A stretch of DNA of 42,237 nt from Eubacteriales bacterium (GTDB taxonomy: Bacteria; Bacillota; Clostridia; Oscillospirales; CAG-272). This document shows, in pieces, positions 1-7,855 of the stretch; positions within the stretch are counted from its first letter, which is position 1, and each line of letters begins with the position of its first letter. The translations under genes were made by a program, and so were the position numbers. The stretch spans positions 1 to 42,237 of the forward strand of contig JAZSBJ010000039.1 in NCBI GenBank assembly GCA_045602305.1. The letters run 5' to 3'. The notes under the pieces are model-generated. The model was not told the DNA's origin. It did no database searches and was given only the letters and a program-made list of their open reading frames with translations.

Positions 1-221
1 ATACCTGCCTTCTTGAAGTGACCGAGCTCAGGCTTGGTCAGATGCTTTTCCTTCGCGTCGCAGTATGCGAGCTGGACTGCATCGTAGCCGTCGTTCTCTA
101 CGGTCTTCTTCTGCGCGATCTCGCAAGGACCTGCTTCAATCAGGGGTACGGGAATCACTTTGCCGACTTCATCGAAGATCTGCGTCATGCCCACCTTCTT
201 ACCGTTAATGCCTTTTTTCAT
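1..221 (-). CDS. rplC: 50S ribosomal protein L3, N-terminal part (gene continues beyond the left edge)
   Basis: My own reverse-strand translation from the ATG at 219-221 gives [53 protein letters not shown]..., the conserved L3 N-terminus. It lies directly downstream of rpsJ, as in S10 operons. It is absent from the ORF track because it is truncated. Confidence 0.9.
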   Translation of the reverse strand, partial: MKKGINGKKVGMTQIFDEVGKVIPVPLIEAGPCEIAQKKTVENDGYDAVQLAYCDAKEKHLTKPELGHFKKAG

Positions 222-332
222 TTTTTCCTCCGTTCGTTAGTGGTTGGTGCGCTTGAATTTTCGGTTTCCCGATCGCACCAACGTGACCACGGATCGTGGT
301 TAAAATTTGTTTGCCTCCTGCGGAATGAGGAC

Positions 333-641
333 TTACGCCTTGATCTCGATCTCAACGCCGGCGGGAAGCTCGAGGTTCATGAGATCCTCGATGGTCTTCT
401 GCTGTGGGTTCAGAATGTCGACCAGACGCTTGTGGGTACGAGTCTCGAACTGCTCGCGGCTGTCCTTGTACTTGTGTACCGCACGAAGGATGGTGATGAT
501 CTCTTTTTCGGTAGGCAGCGGGATAGGACCCGAAACTGCACCGCCGTTTCTCTTAGCAACTTCCACAACCTTTGCCGCAGCAGCATCTACGAGGGTGTGA
601 TCGTAGCTCTTGAGCTTCACTCTGATTTTTTCCTTTGCCAT
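333..641 (-). CDS. rpsJ: 30S ribosomal protein S10
   Basis: 102-aa [18 protein letters not shown]...[26 protein letters not shown]... is a typical S10. An AGGAGG Shine-Dalgarno (revcomp of cctcct at 651-656) lies 9 nt upstream of the ATG. Confidence 0.97.
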   Translation of the reverse strand: MAKEKIRVKLKSYDHTLVDAAAAKVVEVAKRNGGAVSGPIPLPTEKEIITILRAVHKYKDSREQFETRTHKRLVDILNPQQKTIEDLMNLELPAGVEIEIKA

Positions 642-877
642 TTGAATTGCCTCCTTCTAAAATTTCTTTTTCAGGGGGGCGATTGCCATTCACACTGCGC
701 CGCGCGTTTCAAACGCCTACGAATGAAAGCCGGGAAACAGCCTTTCCGCAAAGCTAAGACCCGGGGGAACGGTTTGACGCACGCGACGAATGTTTTCGCC
801 CGATTTGTCGGACATACTCCACGAAAATTACCCGCTTTCGCGGCAACCTCTCGCTTCAACGCATATCAAGCCTTACT

Positions 878-906
878 ATTATACAGTATTTTTCGCAAAA
901 AAGCAA
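878..906 (-). promoter_or_regulatory. Candidate sigma-A promoter of the S10 operon (-35 TTGCTT, 17-nt spacer, -10 TATAAT)
   Basis: On the minus strand, TTGCTT is at 906-901 and TATAAT at 883-878, separated by exactly 17 nt. This implies a ~235-nt leader before rpsJ. Confidence 0.55.
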
Positions 907-1058
907 GTGTTTTTTCGTTTTTTTGATTGTAATACCAAGAAAATTTTGCACATTTTTGCATTATTTTTTTGGTTATGTTGCACAAACAGAAAAACCGTTA
1001 CATTTTATTCATATGTGTGCGTTACAATAGGATTATCCAAGAAAAAAGAGGAAAATTT

Positions 1059-2075
1059 ATGAATCTTACTTCAAAAAAGGTCATTTCTCTCGCTCTCGCG
1101 ATCGCGGGCGCCTTTTTGCTCCTTTGCACGGGCTTTTATACCTTTGCGCTTTTAAACGGATACATTCCCTCGACGGGACATTTTGCGGAAAGCGTTTTTT
1201 CGGACGTTTTTCTTCCTTTATTATATATATTAGGGATCGTTTCGTTTGCGGTCTTCGGTTTTCTCTTCCGAAGCACCCTCTCGGACCGCCATATGACGGC
1301 AACCTTCCCCACCTTTTTCGCATCGGGCTTTGCTGCTCTCGTGTTTGGCGTATGGCTTTTTAACTTTGCCTTGCATTTCTTCCGCGAAGCGCACGCGACG
1401 CCTGCCACCCTTTTCGGCATTCTGCTTATGGTGTTTGCCGTTGCCGCCATTTTCTATTTCTTGCTGAACACGCGCCCCGTGCCCACGTCCCGCACGACCT
1501 CTGTGCTTCTCGGTATGGGTGCCGCGCTCTTTTTCCTCGCCTATGCGTTTTTTGCATACTTCGATACCACCTTCGCATTAAACAGCCCCATCAAGCTCTT
1601 GGATCAGATCACGGTGCTTGTCACGATGTTCTTTTTCCTTATCGAGCTTCGCTTCTGCTTTAACGCCGTTTCGGAAGCCGTTTACGTTCCCGTTTGTATG
1701 GCGACCGTTCTGCTCGCGGGTGCGGGCGGTATCGGCGCTTTGATCTACAACGCGGTGGACGGCCGTCCCTTGATCGTTCACGTCGCGCACGACTTCTTGC
1801 TCCTCGCCGTGGCGCTTTATGCCGTAGCGCGGCTCGTGTCCTTCTTACAAAAGCCGCTTTCGGCGAGCGACGGGGGAGAAGAGCAGCCCACCTTTGAAGC
1901 AGACGGCAATATTGCCCTTCCCTCTCGCACGGACCCCACGCAGGAAACCTTTGATTTTGACAAAGAAAACACGGACGAGACCCAAGAGGAAAGCACGCCC
2001 GCGCCCGCCAAGGAAGAGGAGCTTTCTCTCCCCGAGGATGAGGCGGCAATTGATTTTGATTCTGAGGAGTCTTAA
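1059..2075 (+). CDS. Hypothetical polytopic membrane protein with an acidic C-terminal tail
   Basis: The ORF frame is open from 969, but the ATG at 1059 follows an AGAGGAAAA ribosome-binding site. The product MNLTSKKVISLALAIAGAFLLL... has about 8 hydrophobic segments and ends in a D/E-rich tail (...EEELSLPEDEAAIDFDSEES). I recognise no family. Confidence 0.6.
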   Translation: MNLTSKKVISLALAIAGAFLLLCTGFYTFALLNGYIPSTGHFAESVFSDVFLPLLYILGIVSFAVFGFLFRSTLSDRHMTATFPTFFASGFAALVFGVWLFNFALHFFREAHATPATLFGILLMVFAVAAIFYFLLNTRPVPTSRTTSVLLGMGAALFFLAYAFFAYFDTTFALNSPIKLLDQITVLVTMFFFLIELRFCFNAVSEAVYVPVCMATVLLAGAGGIGALIYNAVDGRPLIVHVAHDFLLLAVALYAVARLVSFLQKPLSASDGGEEQPTFEADGNIALPSRTDPTQETFDFDKENTDETQEESTPAPAKEEELSLPEDEAAIDFDSEES

Positions 2076-2080
2076 GTCGA

Positions 2081-4633
2081 GTGATGAAAAAATCCTTAGT
2101 TATTGACGGAAACAGTATTTTAAACCGTGCCTTTTACGGCATTCGCCCCTTATATACCAAAAGCGGCAAGCCAACCAACGCCATCTACGGGATGTTAAAC
2201 ATCGTGCTTCGGCATCTTGAAGCCCTAAAGCCCGATTACGCGGCGGTCGCCTTTGATTTGAAGGCACCGAACTTCCGCAAGCAACGCTTCTCGTATTATA
2301 AGGAAGGCCGCCACGAAACGCCCGAAGAGCTTCTTTTGCAATTTGACGACGCCAAGGAGTGCCTAAGACTGCTCGGCTTTCACACCCTAGAGCTGGAAGG
2401 CTACGAGGCGGACGACATTCTCGGTACCGTTGCACGCCTTGGGGGCGAGGCAGAGGACACCCACACCTACGTACTTTCGGGTGACCGCGACCTTTTACAG
2501 CTGATCGACGACCGCACCACCGTCCTTTTGGCAAGCACGGGAGATACGCTCTCCTTTGACCGCGACGCGTTTTTCGCCAAGTACGGCATTGAGCCCTCGG
2601 AGTTCGTGGACCTTAAGGCACTAATGGGGGATTCCTCGGATAATATCCCGGGGGTGCCCGGCGTGGGCGAAAAGACGGCAAGCCGTTTGATCGCAGAATT
2701 TCATTCCATTCAAAAGCTCTATGATAACCTAGATAGCCCCTCCATTGCCAAGGGCGTGCGCGCAAAGCTCGAGGCGGGCAAGGCATCTGCTGAGGACTCG
2801 CGCTTTCTCGCTGAGGTCTGCAAAAGCGTTCCGCTTGCCTTGACGCTTGCCGACCTTACCTACGATGGCGTTTGCCCCAAAATGTACGACAAGTGCCGTG
2901 AGCTTGAGTTTTCGGCACTCATCAAAAAGCTCTCGCTCGTGCCCACGGACGAAGATTGCACCGAGGGGGCGGTCGCGGGAGAATTCTCTGTCCCCGTCCC
3001 AAAGGACGCGGACGAAAAAGCCCTTCTTGCCGCACTTAAAGATGTCCAGCGGTTTGCCGTTCTTTTAACGGATGACGCGCTCCTTTTCTCAAACGGCAAG
3101 GAAGCCTACCGCTACACGGGGGCGCTTTCCCCCATCGCTTCGCTGTTTGAGGGGAACGCTCGCGTTGTGACCTTTGACGGCAAGGCGCTTTTGCACCGTC
3201 TTTGGAAAGAGGGGGTGGGGCGTCAGCTTGTCCCGCGCGACTTGCTTTTGTACGCGTATATTCTGCACAGCGGCGACGGCAGCCACGCGCCCGACGCGCT
3301 TGCGCTTCGCTATCTTGAAACGGCGATTCCCGAGGGCGAAAGCGGCGTTTCTCTGTTCCTTGCGCTGGAAGAGGCGCTCGCAAAGGAGATCGACAAGATC
3401 GACTGCCGCGCTCTGCTTGAGGAGATTGAGCTTCCCCTCTCTCCCGTCCTTGCCCGTATGGAAGCGGAAGGCTTCCGCATCGACACGGCGGCGCTTGAGG
3501 CGTTTGGCAACCGCTTGGCTGCCGAAATGGTGCTTTTGACCGAGAGCATCATTTCTCTTGCGGGAATGGAGTTCAACCTAAACTCGCCAAAACAGCTCGC
3601 CGAGGTGCTTTTCACGCATCTGGCTCTGCCCACCAAGGGCGTAAAGAAAAACAAGAACGGATACTCCACGGACGTGGATACCCTTACCGCCTTAAGGCAT
3701 ACCCATCCCATCATTGACGAGATCCTTGAATACCGCAAGGTGAGCAAGCTCTATTCCACCTACGCGCAAGGACTTTTAAAGGTGGCAGATGGCGAGGGCA
3801 ATATCCACACCGAATTCAAGCAAGCGCTCACGGCAACGGGCAGACTTTCCTCTGCCGAGCCGAATCTGCAAAACATTCCCATCCGCACGCCCCTTGGGCG
3901 TGAATTGCGCCGCGTTTTCGTTCCCAAAAAGGAAACGCGCGTTTTGGTGGACGCGGACTACTCGCAGATTGAGCTGCGCCTAATGGCGGCGCTCTCTAAG
4001 GACGAGGATATGTGTGACGCCTTCCTTTCGGGCACGGACATTCACCGCCGTACCGCCGCCGCCGTATTTCATTTGCCCGAGGCGCTCGTTCCCGACGATC
4101 TGCGTGCCCGCGCCAAGGCGGTAAACTTCGGCATCATCTACGGCATCAGCGCCTATTCCCTTTCGGGGGATATCGGCGTGAGCGTAGGAGAGGCAAAGTG
4201 GTATATGGACGACTACTTTGCGATGTTCCCACGCATCAAGAGCTATCTTGACGGGGTGATCGCATCCGCCGAGGAGGACGGCTACACTAAGACCATCTTC
4301 CAAAGACGCCGCTACATTCCCGAGCTTTCGTCGCGCATCTTCGCACAGCGTGCCTTTGGCAAGCGCGTTGCGATGAACAGCCCCATTCAGGGAAGCGCGG
4401 CGGACATCATCAAGCTCGCGATGGTGCGCGTCGACCGCCGATTGCGGGACGAGGGGCTGGATGCCCGCTTGATTTTGCAGGTACACGACGAGCTGATCGT
4501 GGAAGCAGATGCTTCTTGCGCCGAAGCGGTGCGTCAAATTCTTAAAGAAGAAATGGAGGGGGCTGTGTCGCTTGCCGTTCCTCTCACCGTTTCCACCGCC
4601 ATCGGTAAAAACTGGCTGGAAGCCGAGCATTGA
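2081..4633 (+). CDS. polA: DNA polymerase I (5'-3' exonuclease domain, vestigial 3'-5' exo region, family A polymerase domain)
   Basis: 850 aa. The N-terminus LVIDGNSILNRAFYG and GDSSDNIPGVPGVGEKTA match the FEN/5'-nuclease domain. DYSQIELRLMA, AKAVNFGIIYG and QVHDELIVE are Pol A motifs A, B and C. The region where Klenow has the DxE ExoI motif reads FAVLLTDDALL, so proofreading is probably absent, as in Bacillus-type Pol I. The start could be GTG 2081 or ATG 2084. Confidence 0.95.
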   Translation: MMKKSLVIDGNSILNRAFYGIRPLYTKSGKPTNAIYGMLNIVLRHLEALKPDYAAVAFDLKAPNFRKQRFSYYKEGRHETPEELLLQFDDAKECLRLLGFHTLELEGYEADDILGTVARLGGEAEDTHTYVLSGDRDLLQLIDDRTTVLLASTGDTLSFDRDAFFAKYGIEPSEFVDLKALMGDSSDNIPGVPGVGEKTASRLIAEFHSIQKLYDNLDSPSIAKGVRAKLEAGKASAEDSRFLAEVCKSVPLALTLADLTYDGVCPKMYDKCRELEFSALIKKLSLVPTDEDCTEGAVAGEFSVPVPKDADEKALLAALKDVQRFAVLLTDDALLFSNGKEAYRYTGALSPIASLFEGNARVVTFDGKALLHRLWKEGVGRQLVPRDLLLYAYILHSGDGSHAPDALALRYLETAIPEGESGVSLFLALEEALAKEIDKIDCRALLEEIELPLSPVLARMEAEGFRIDTAALEAFGNRLAAEMVLLTESIISLAGMEFNLNSPKQLAEVLFTHLALPTKGVKKNKNGYSTDVDTLTALRHTHPIIDEILEYRKVSKLYSTYAQGLLKVADGEGNIHTEFKQALTATGRLSSAEPNLQNIPIRTPLGRELRRVFVPKKETRVLVDADYSQIELRLMAALSKDEDMCDAFLSGTDIHRRTAAAVFHLPEALVPDDLRARAKAVNFGIIYGISAYSLSGDIGVSVGEAKWYMDDYFAMFPRIKSYLDGVIASAEEDGYTKTIFQRRRYIPELSSRIFAQRAFGKRVAMNSPIQGSAADIIKLAMVRVDRRLRDEGLDARLILQVHDELIVEADASCAEAVRQILKEEMEGAVSLAVPLTVSTAIGKNWLEAEH

Positions 4634-4692
4634 TGTGAAAACTTCCCTTTTTGGCTAGGCGAAAAAAAAGTAAAAAAATTCGTCCAAGCCTA

Positions 4693-4721
4693 TTGCTTTT
4701 TTGAAAGTTATATGTTATAAT
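4693..4721 (+). promoter_or_regulatory. Candidate promoter of rpmB (-35 TTGCTT, 17-nt spacer, extended -10 TGtTATAAT)
   Basis: TTGCTT at 4693-4698 and TATAAT at 4716-4721, preceded by TGT at 4713-4715. Confidence 0.6.
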
Positions 4722-4790
4722 ACTATCTGTTGATTTATGAAAGATGGTCGCTTCGGCGGCTGATGTGAAACGATTAGGAGGTAATGTCCA

Positions 4791-4976
4791 ATGGCAAAGT
4801 GTAGTGTATGCGGCAAGGGTGTTGTGTTTGGTAACACCGTTTCGCACTCTCACCGTAAGTGCAACAGAACCTGGAAGCCTAACATCCGCAAGGTAAAGGC
4901 TGTGGTCAACGGAACGAACAAGACCGTTTACGTTTGCTCCCGTTGCCTGCGTTCCGGCAAGGTTGAGCGCGCGTAA
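4791..4976 (+). CDS. rpmB: 50S ribosomal protein L28
   Basis: 61 aa, MAKCSVCGKGVVFGNTVSHSHRKCNRTWKPNIRKVKA..., a canonical L28. A GGAGG ribosome-binding site lies 8 nt upstream. Confidence 0.95.
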   Translation: MAKCSVCGKGVVFGNTVSHSHRKCNRTWKPNIRKVKAVVNGTNKTVYVCSRCLRSGKVERA

Positions 4977-4990
4977 GTGCTCTATAAAAA

Positions 4991-5016
4991 GCGCCCCTCA
5001 TCGGGGCGCTTTTTAT
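4991..5016. terminator. Bidirectional intrinsic terminator between the convergent rpmB and permease genes
   Basis: GCGCCCC (4991-4997), a 5-nt loop, then GGGGCGC (5003-5009). An A-run precedes it and a T-run follows. Confidence 0.85.
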
Positions 5017-6047
5017 TTTTCTTCTTCCTTGGCAGGGCGCAAGAACATTTCGTAGAGCAAGAGCGTTAAGGCGGGGAAAATAAGAATTCCCAAGAACCCG
5101 AAAAGGCGCGCGCCCGCGTAAAGCGCGAGAAGCGTCAAAAGAGGATGCACGCCGTAGCCGCGCCCAAGCAATCGCGGCTCAAGGAACTGCCGCAAAACGG
5201 TGATGACGCCAAAGAGGATCAAAAGTCCGATGCCGAGAAATCGCTCCCCTGCCAAAAGCGAAACGATCCCCCACGGCACAAGAAAGAGCCCGACACCCAA
5301 AACGGGCAAAAAATCGAGCAAGGCGATCAGCATTGACAAAAGCAAAGGATACTTCACATTTAAAAGAAGAAAGCCGATAAGAAGGAGCGCGAAGGCGATC
5401 AAGGTGAGCGTTCCTTGGGCACGAAGCACCGAGAGCGCGGCGCGCAATGCCGAATCCTTGAAAAAGCGGACCACGCGCGAAAGGCTTGCGGAAAGACGCT
5501 TTGAAAGACTTTCGTGTATGCGGTCAAGGTCAAGGCAAAAATAGACTGCCGCGATGACGCCCACCCCCAAAGAGAAAAAGAATGCGGGCAAGACGTCCGC
5601 AAGCGAGGCAACCACGCTTGGGAGCGCGGAAAGAAGGAGAGAGAGCCCCTCTTCCAAAGATCCGTTGGATGCAAGCGCATCTCCAACGATGGGAATGGCG
5701 GCAAGCCACGCGCGGATCTCCTCGGTAAGGCGCTCCCCTTCCCCCTCGAAGCGACCGAGGAAAAGGGAGATCTCGCGAAAGGCACCCTTGAGCGCCAAAA
5801 CGAGAAGCACGCCAAGCAACAACGCGGAAAGCACCACGAGGAGCAGCCGTGCAATACCAAGCGGCAGACGTGTTCGCTCGTTGAGCCATTTGGCGGGACG
5901 CCGCACGAGCATTGCAAGCCCCCACCCAAGCACGAAGGGAAAAAGAACCCCTGCAAGATATTTAAAAAACAGATAAAAGAGCGCGCCGCCGCCAAGCAAA
6001 AGCACGACGAGCGCCGCAAAGTGTGTAATTTTGTTTTGCATTGCCAC
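5013..6047 (-). CDS. AI-2E family (PerM/YtvI-like) integral membrane permease
   Basis: 344 aa with about 8 TM segments. The overall pattern (N-terminal TM pair, a long central loop, and a C-terminal cluster ...FLPVLGVGLFLVPWGIVSLL... with the G-rich, proline-containing helix) matches the UPF0118/AI-2E family as I remember it. No profile search was possible. Confidence 0.7.
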   Translation of the reverse strand: MAMQNKITHFAALVVLLLGGGALFYLFFKYLAGVLFPFVLGWGLAMLVRRPAKWLNERTRLPLGIARLLLVVLSALLLGVLLVLALKGAFREISLFLGRFEGEGERLTEEIRAWLAAIPIVGDALASNGSLEEGLSLLLSALPSVVASLADVLPAFFFSLGVGVIAAVYFCLDLDRIHESLSKRLSASLSRVVRFFKDSALRAALSVLRAQGTLTLIAFALLLIGFLLLNVKYPLLLSMLIALLDFLPVLGVGLFLVPWGIVSLLAGERFLGIGLLILFGVITVLRQFLEPRLLGRGYGVHPLLTLLALYAGARLFGFLGILIFPALTLLLYEMFLRPAKEEEK

Positions 6048-6113
6048 TCCCCCTTTTTACAGTATAGGGAAAAGCAGAAAAAATATACAATGCAAAGAAA
6101 AGTTTACAAGAGA

Positions 6114-6139
6114 AAGAAGGATGCCTTAGCATCCTTCTT
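6114..6139 (-). terminator. Hairpin terminator downstream of the cyclophilin gene
   Basis: AAGAAGGATGC (6114-6124), loop CTTA, GCATCCTTCTT (6129-6139). A pyrimidine/T-rich tail follows on the minus strand. Confidence 0.6.
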
Positions 6140-6143
6140 TTGC

Positions 6144-6617
6144 TTATTCCTCAATATAAACGCGCTTCATCATTTGGGGAATGCGCGGACGGTCAGAATA
6201 ATCCGTGGGGACAGAGGCGATCTCGTCTACGACATCAATCCCCTCAACGACCTTGCCAAACGCGGCGTAGGAGCCGTCAAGATGGGGCGCATCCTCGTGC
6301 ATAATAAAGAACTGCGAGGAAGCGGAGTTGGGCATCTGCGAGCGCGCCATCGAAATAACGCCGCGTGTGTGCTTTAAGGGGTTGTTATAGCCGTTCATTC
6401 GGAACTCGCCCTTGATCTGCTCACCCGAGCCGCCCATACCCGTACCCGTGGGGTCGCCACCTTGGATCATAAAGCCGGGGATCACGCGGTGGAAGATGAG
6501 TCCGTCGTAAAAGCCCTCGCGGACGAGCTTTTCGAAATTTGCGGCGGTGATGGGCGCCGCCTCACTGTCAAGCGCGAGCTTGATCTTTTTTCCGTTTTCC
6601 ATTTCAATTACGATCAT
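6144..6617 (-). CDS. ppiB: Peptidyl-prolyl cis-trans isomerase, cyclophilin type
   Basis: 157 aa containing FHRVIPGFMIQGGDPTGTG and SQFFI, the cyclophilin signature blocks. Confidence 0.93.
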   Translation of the reverse strand: MIVIEMENGKKIKLALDSEAAPITAANFEKLVREGFYDGLIFHRVIPGFMIQGGDPTGTGMGGSGEQIKGEFRMNGYNNPLKHTRGVISMARSQMPNSASSQFFIMHEDAPHLDGSYAAFGKVVEGIDVVDEIASVPTDYSDRPRIPQMMKRVYIEE

Positions 6618-6692
6618 AAAAGCATTTCCTTTCTGCTCAAAAAAGATTCCGTTCCCATTGTATCAAAAAGCGCGCTTTTTGTCAAGAACCTC

Positions 6693-6721
6693 TTGACCTC
6701 ACGATGGATTTTTGATAAAAT
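6693..6721 (+). promoter_or_regulatory. Candidate promoter of the sbcD/sbcC-like pair (-35 TTGACC, 17-nt spacer, -10 TAAAAT)
   Basis: TTGACC at 6693-6698 and TAAAAT at 6716-6721. Confidence 0.5.
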
Positions 6722-6752
6722 AATATTAGACTTAAAAAAAGGGGGGGTTCCC

Positions 6753-7832
6753 TTGAAAATTTTACATATGGCGGACTGTCATCTTGACTCCGTGATGGAG
6801 CAGCATCTGCCCGCACGCGTCGCAAAGGCACGCCGTCGCGAGCTGCTTTTGACCTTTTCCTCGGTCATTGCCGCCGCAGAGCGTGAGGGTGCGTCCCTCG
6901 TTTTGATTGCGGGTGACCTCTTTGACACGGACACGCCCTCGGCGGGTGCTGTGCGTTACGTTTTGGACTGCATTTCCGCACACGGGGACATCTCCTTTGT
7001 CTATATTGAGGGAAATCACGACAAGGGCGCCCTTGCCGATATGCCCTTGCCCCAAAATCTCTCCCGCGTTGTGGCGGGGACGAGCGAGATCTTCGCCTTT
7101 GACGGTGTCACGCTCTACGCCGCAGGCTTTGGTGTCAAGGAAGAGGTGCTTGCATCCTTTGCTTGCCGTGAAGAGGAAACGAATATTCTTCTTTTGCACG
7201 GTACGCTTTCCACCTCGCGCACCGACGCGCGTGAGGAGATCATTCCCCGCGCCGTGCTGGACGGCAAAAAGATCGATTACCTTGCGCTCGGACATTTCCA
7301 TTCGCACACGGCAATGCGCCTCTCGCGCGGTGGGCTCGCTTGCTATGCGGGCACGCCCGAGGGACGCGGCTTTGACGAAACGGGAAAATGCGGCGTCGTT
7401 TTGCTCGACACCGACACGCTCAAGGCGGATTTTCTCACCACCGCACAGCGCACCCTGCACAACGTTGAGGTGGACGTCACGGGGGCAATTACGCTCCCCG
7501 AGATCGAACGGCGCGTCAATGCCGCCGTGAGTGCGATCTCCGAAAACGATATGGTGCGTCTAAGCCTCGTGGGCGAGGTCGAGGAGCATTTTCTTAAAGA
7601 CCCCGAGCAGATCAAGGTTTTGCTCGACGGGCGCTTCTTCTTTGCTAAAATCAAGGATAGCATCCGCTTGCGCCTGCGGGCAGACCGCTATCGCAACGAC
7701 GTTTCCCTGCGCGGTGAATTTGTGCGGCGCGTTTACGCCGATACGACGCTCTCCGAAGAGGACAAGGAGCGCGTCCTCTCCTTTGGTTTACGCGCCCTTG
7801 AGGGGGAAATGCCTGAGGATGTTTCTTACTAA
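6753..7832 (+). CDS. Metallophosphoesterase DNA-repair exonuclease, SbcD/YhaO-like
   Basis: Calcineurin-like phosphoesterase motifs HMADCHLD, IAGDLFD and IEGNHDK. I place the start at TTG 6753 (GGGGGG ribosome-binding site at 6741-6747) or ATG 6768. The track ORF start at 6462 overlaps the ppiB gene. Confidence 0.85.
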   Translation: MKILHMADCHLDSVMEQHLPARVAKARRRELLLTFSSVIAAAEREGASLVLIAGDLFDTDTPSAGAVRYVLDCISAHGDISFVYIEGNHDKGALADMPLPQNLSRVVAGTSEIFAFDGVTLYAAGFGVKEEVLASFACREEETNILLLHGTLSTSRTDAREEIIPRAVLDGKKIDYLALGHFHSHTAMRLSRGGLACYAGTPEGRGFDETGKCGVVLLDTDTLKADFLTTAQRTLHNVEVDVTGAITLPEIERRVNAAVSAISENDMVRLSLVGEVEEHFLKDPEQIKVLLDGRFFFAKIKDSIRLRLRADRYRNDVSLRGEFVRRVYADTTLSEEDKERVLSFGLRALEGEMPEDVSY

Positions 7833-7855
7833 ATCGGAAAGGAAGTTTTTTTACT

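Noticed and set aside
18-926. A 302-aa plus-strand ORF, and smaller ORFs, across the rplC/rpsJ region.
   Set aside because: It is antisense to two unmistakable ribosomal protein genes and runs through their leader. There is no ribosome-binding site or motif.
6462-6752. The N-terminal extension of the SbcD-like ORF. The same applies to 969-1058 for the membrane protein, 34473-34604 for ilvE and 11586-11597 for the orphan membrane protein.
   Set aside because: The extensions overlap the neighbouring gene or the intergenic promoter region, and they lack ribosome-binding sites. Internal starts with good ribosome-binding sites give N-termini typical of the families (MKILHMADCHLD-type and MLNIKIEK...).
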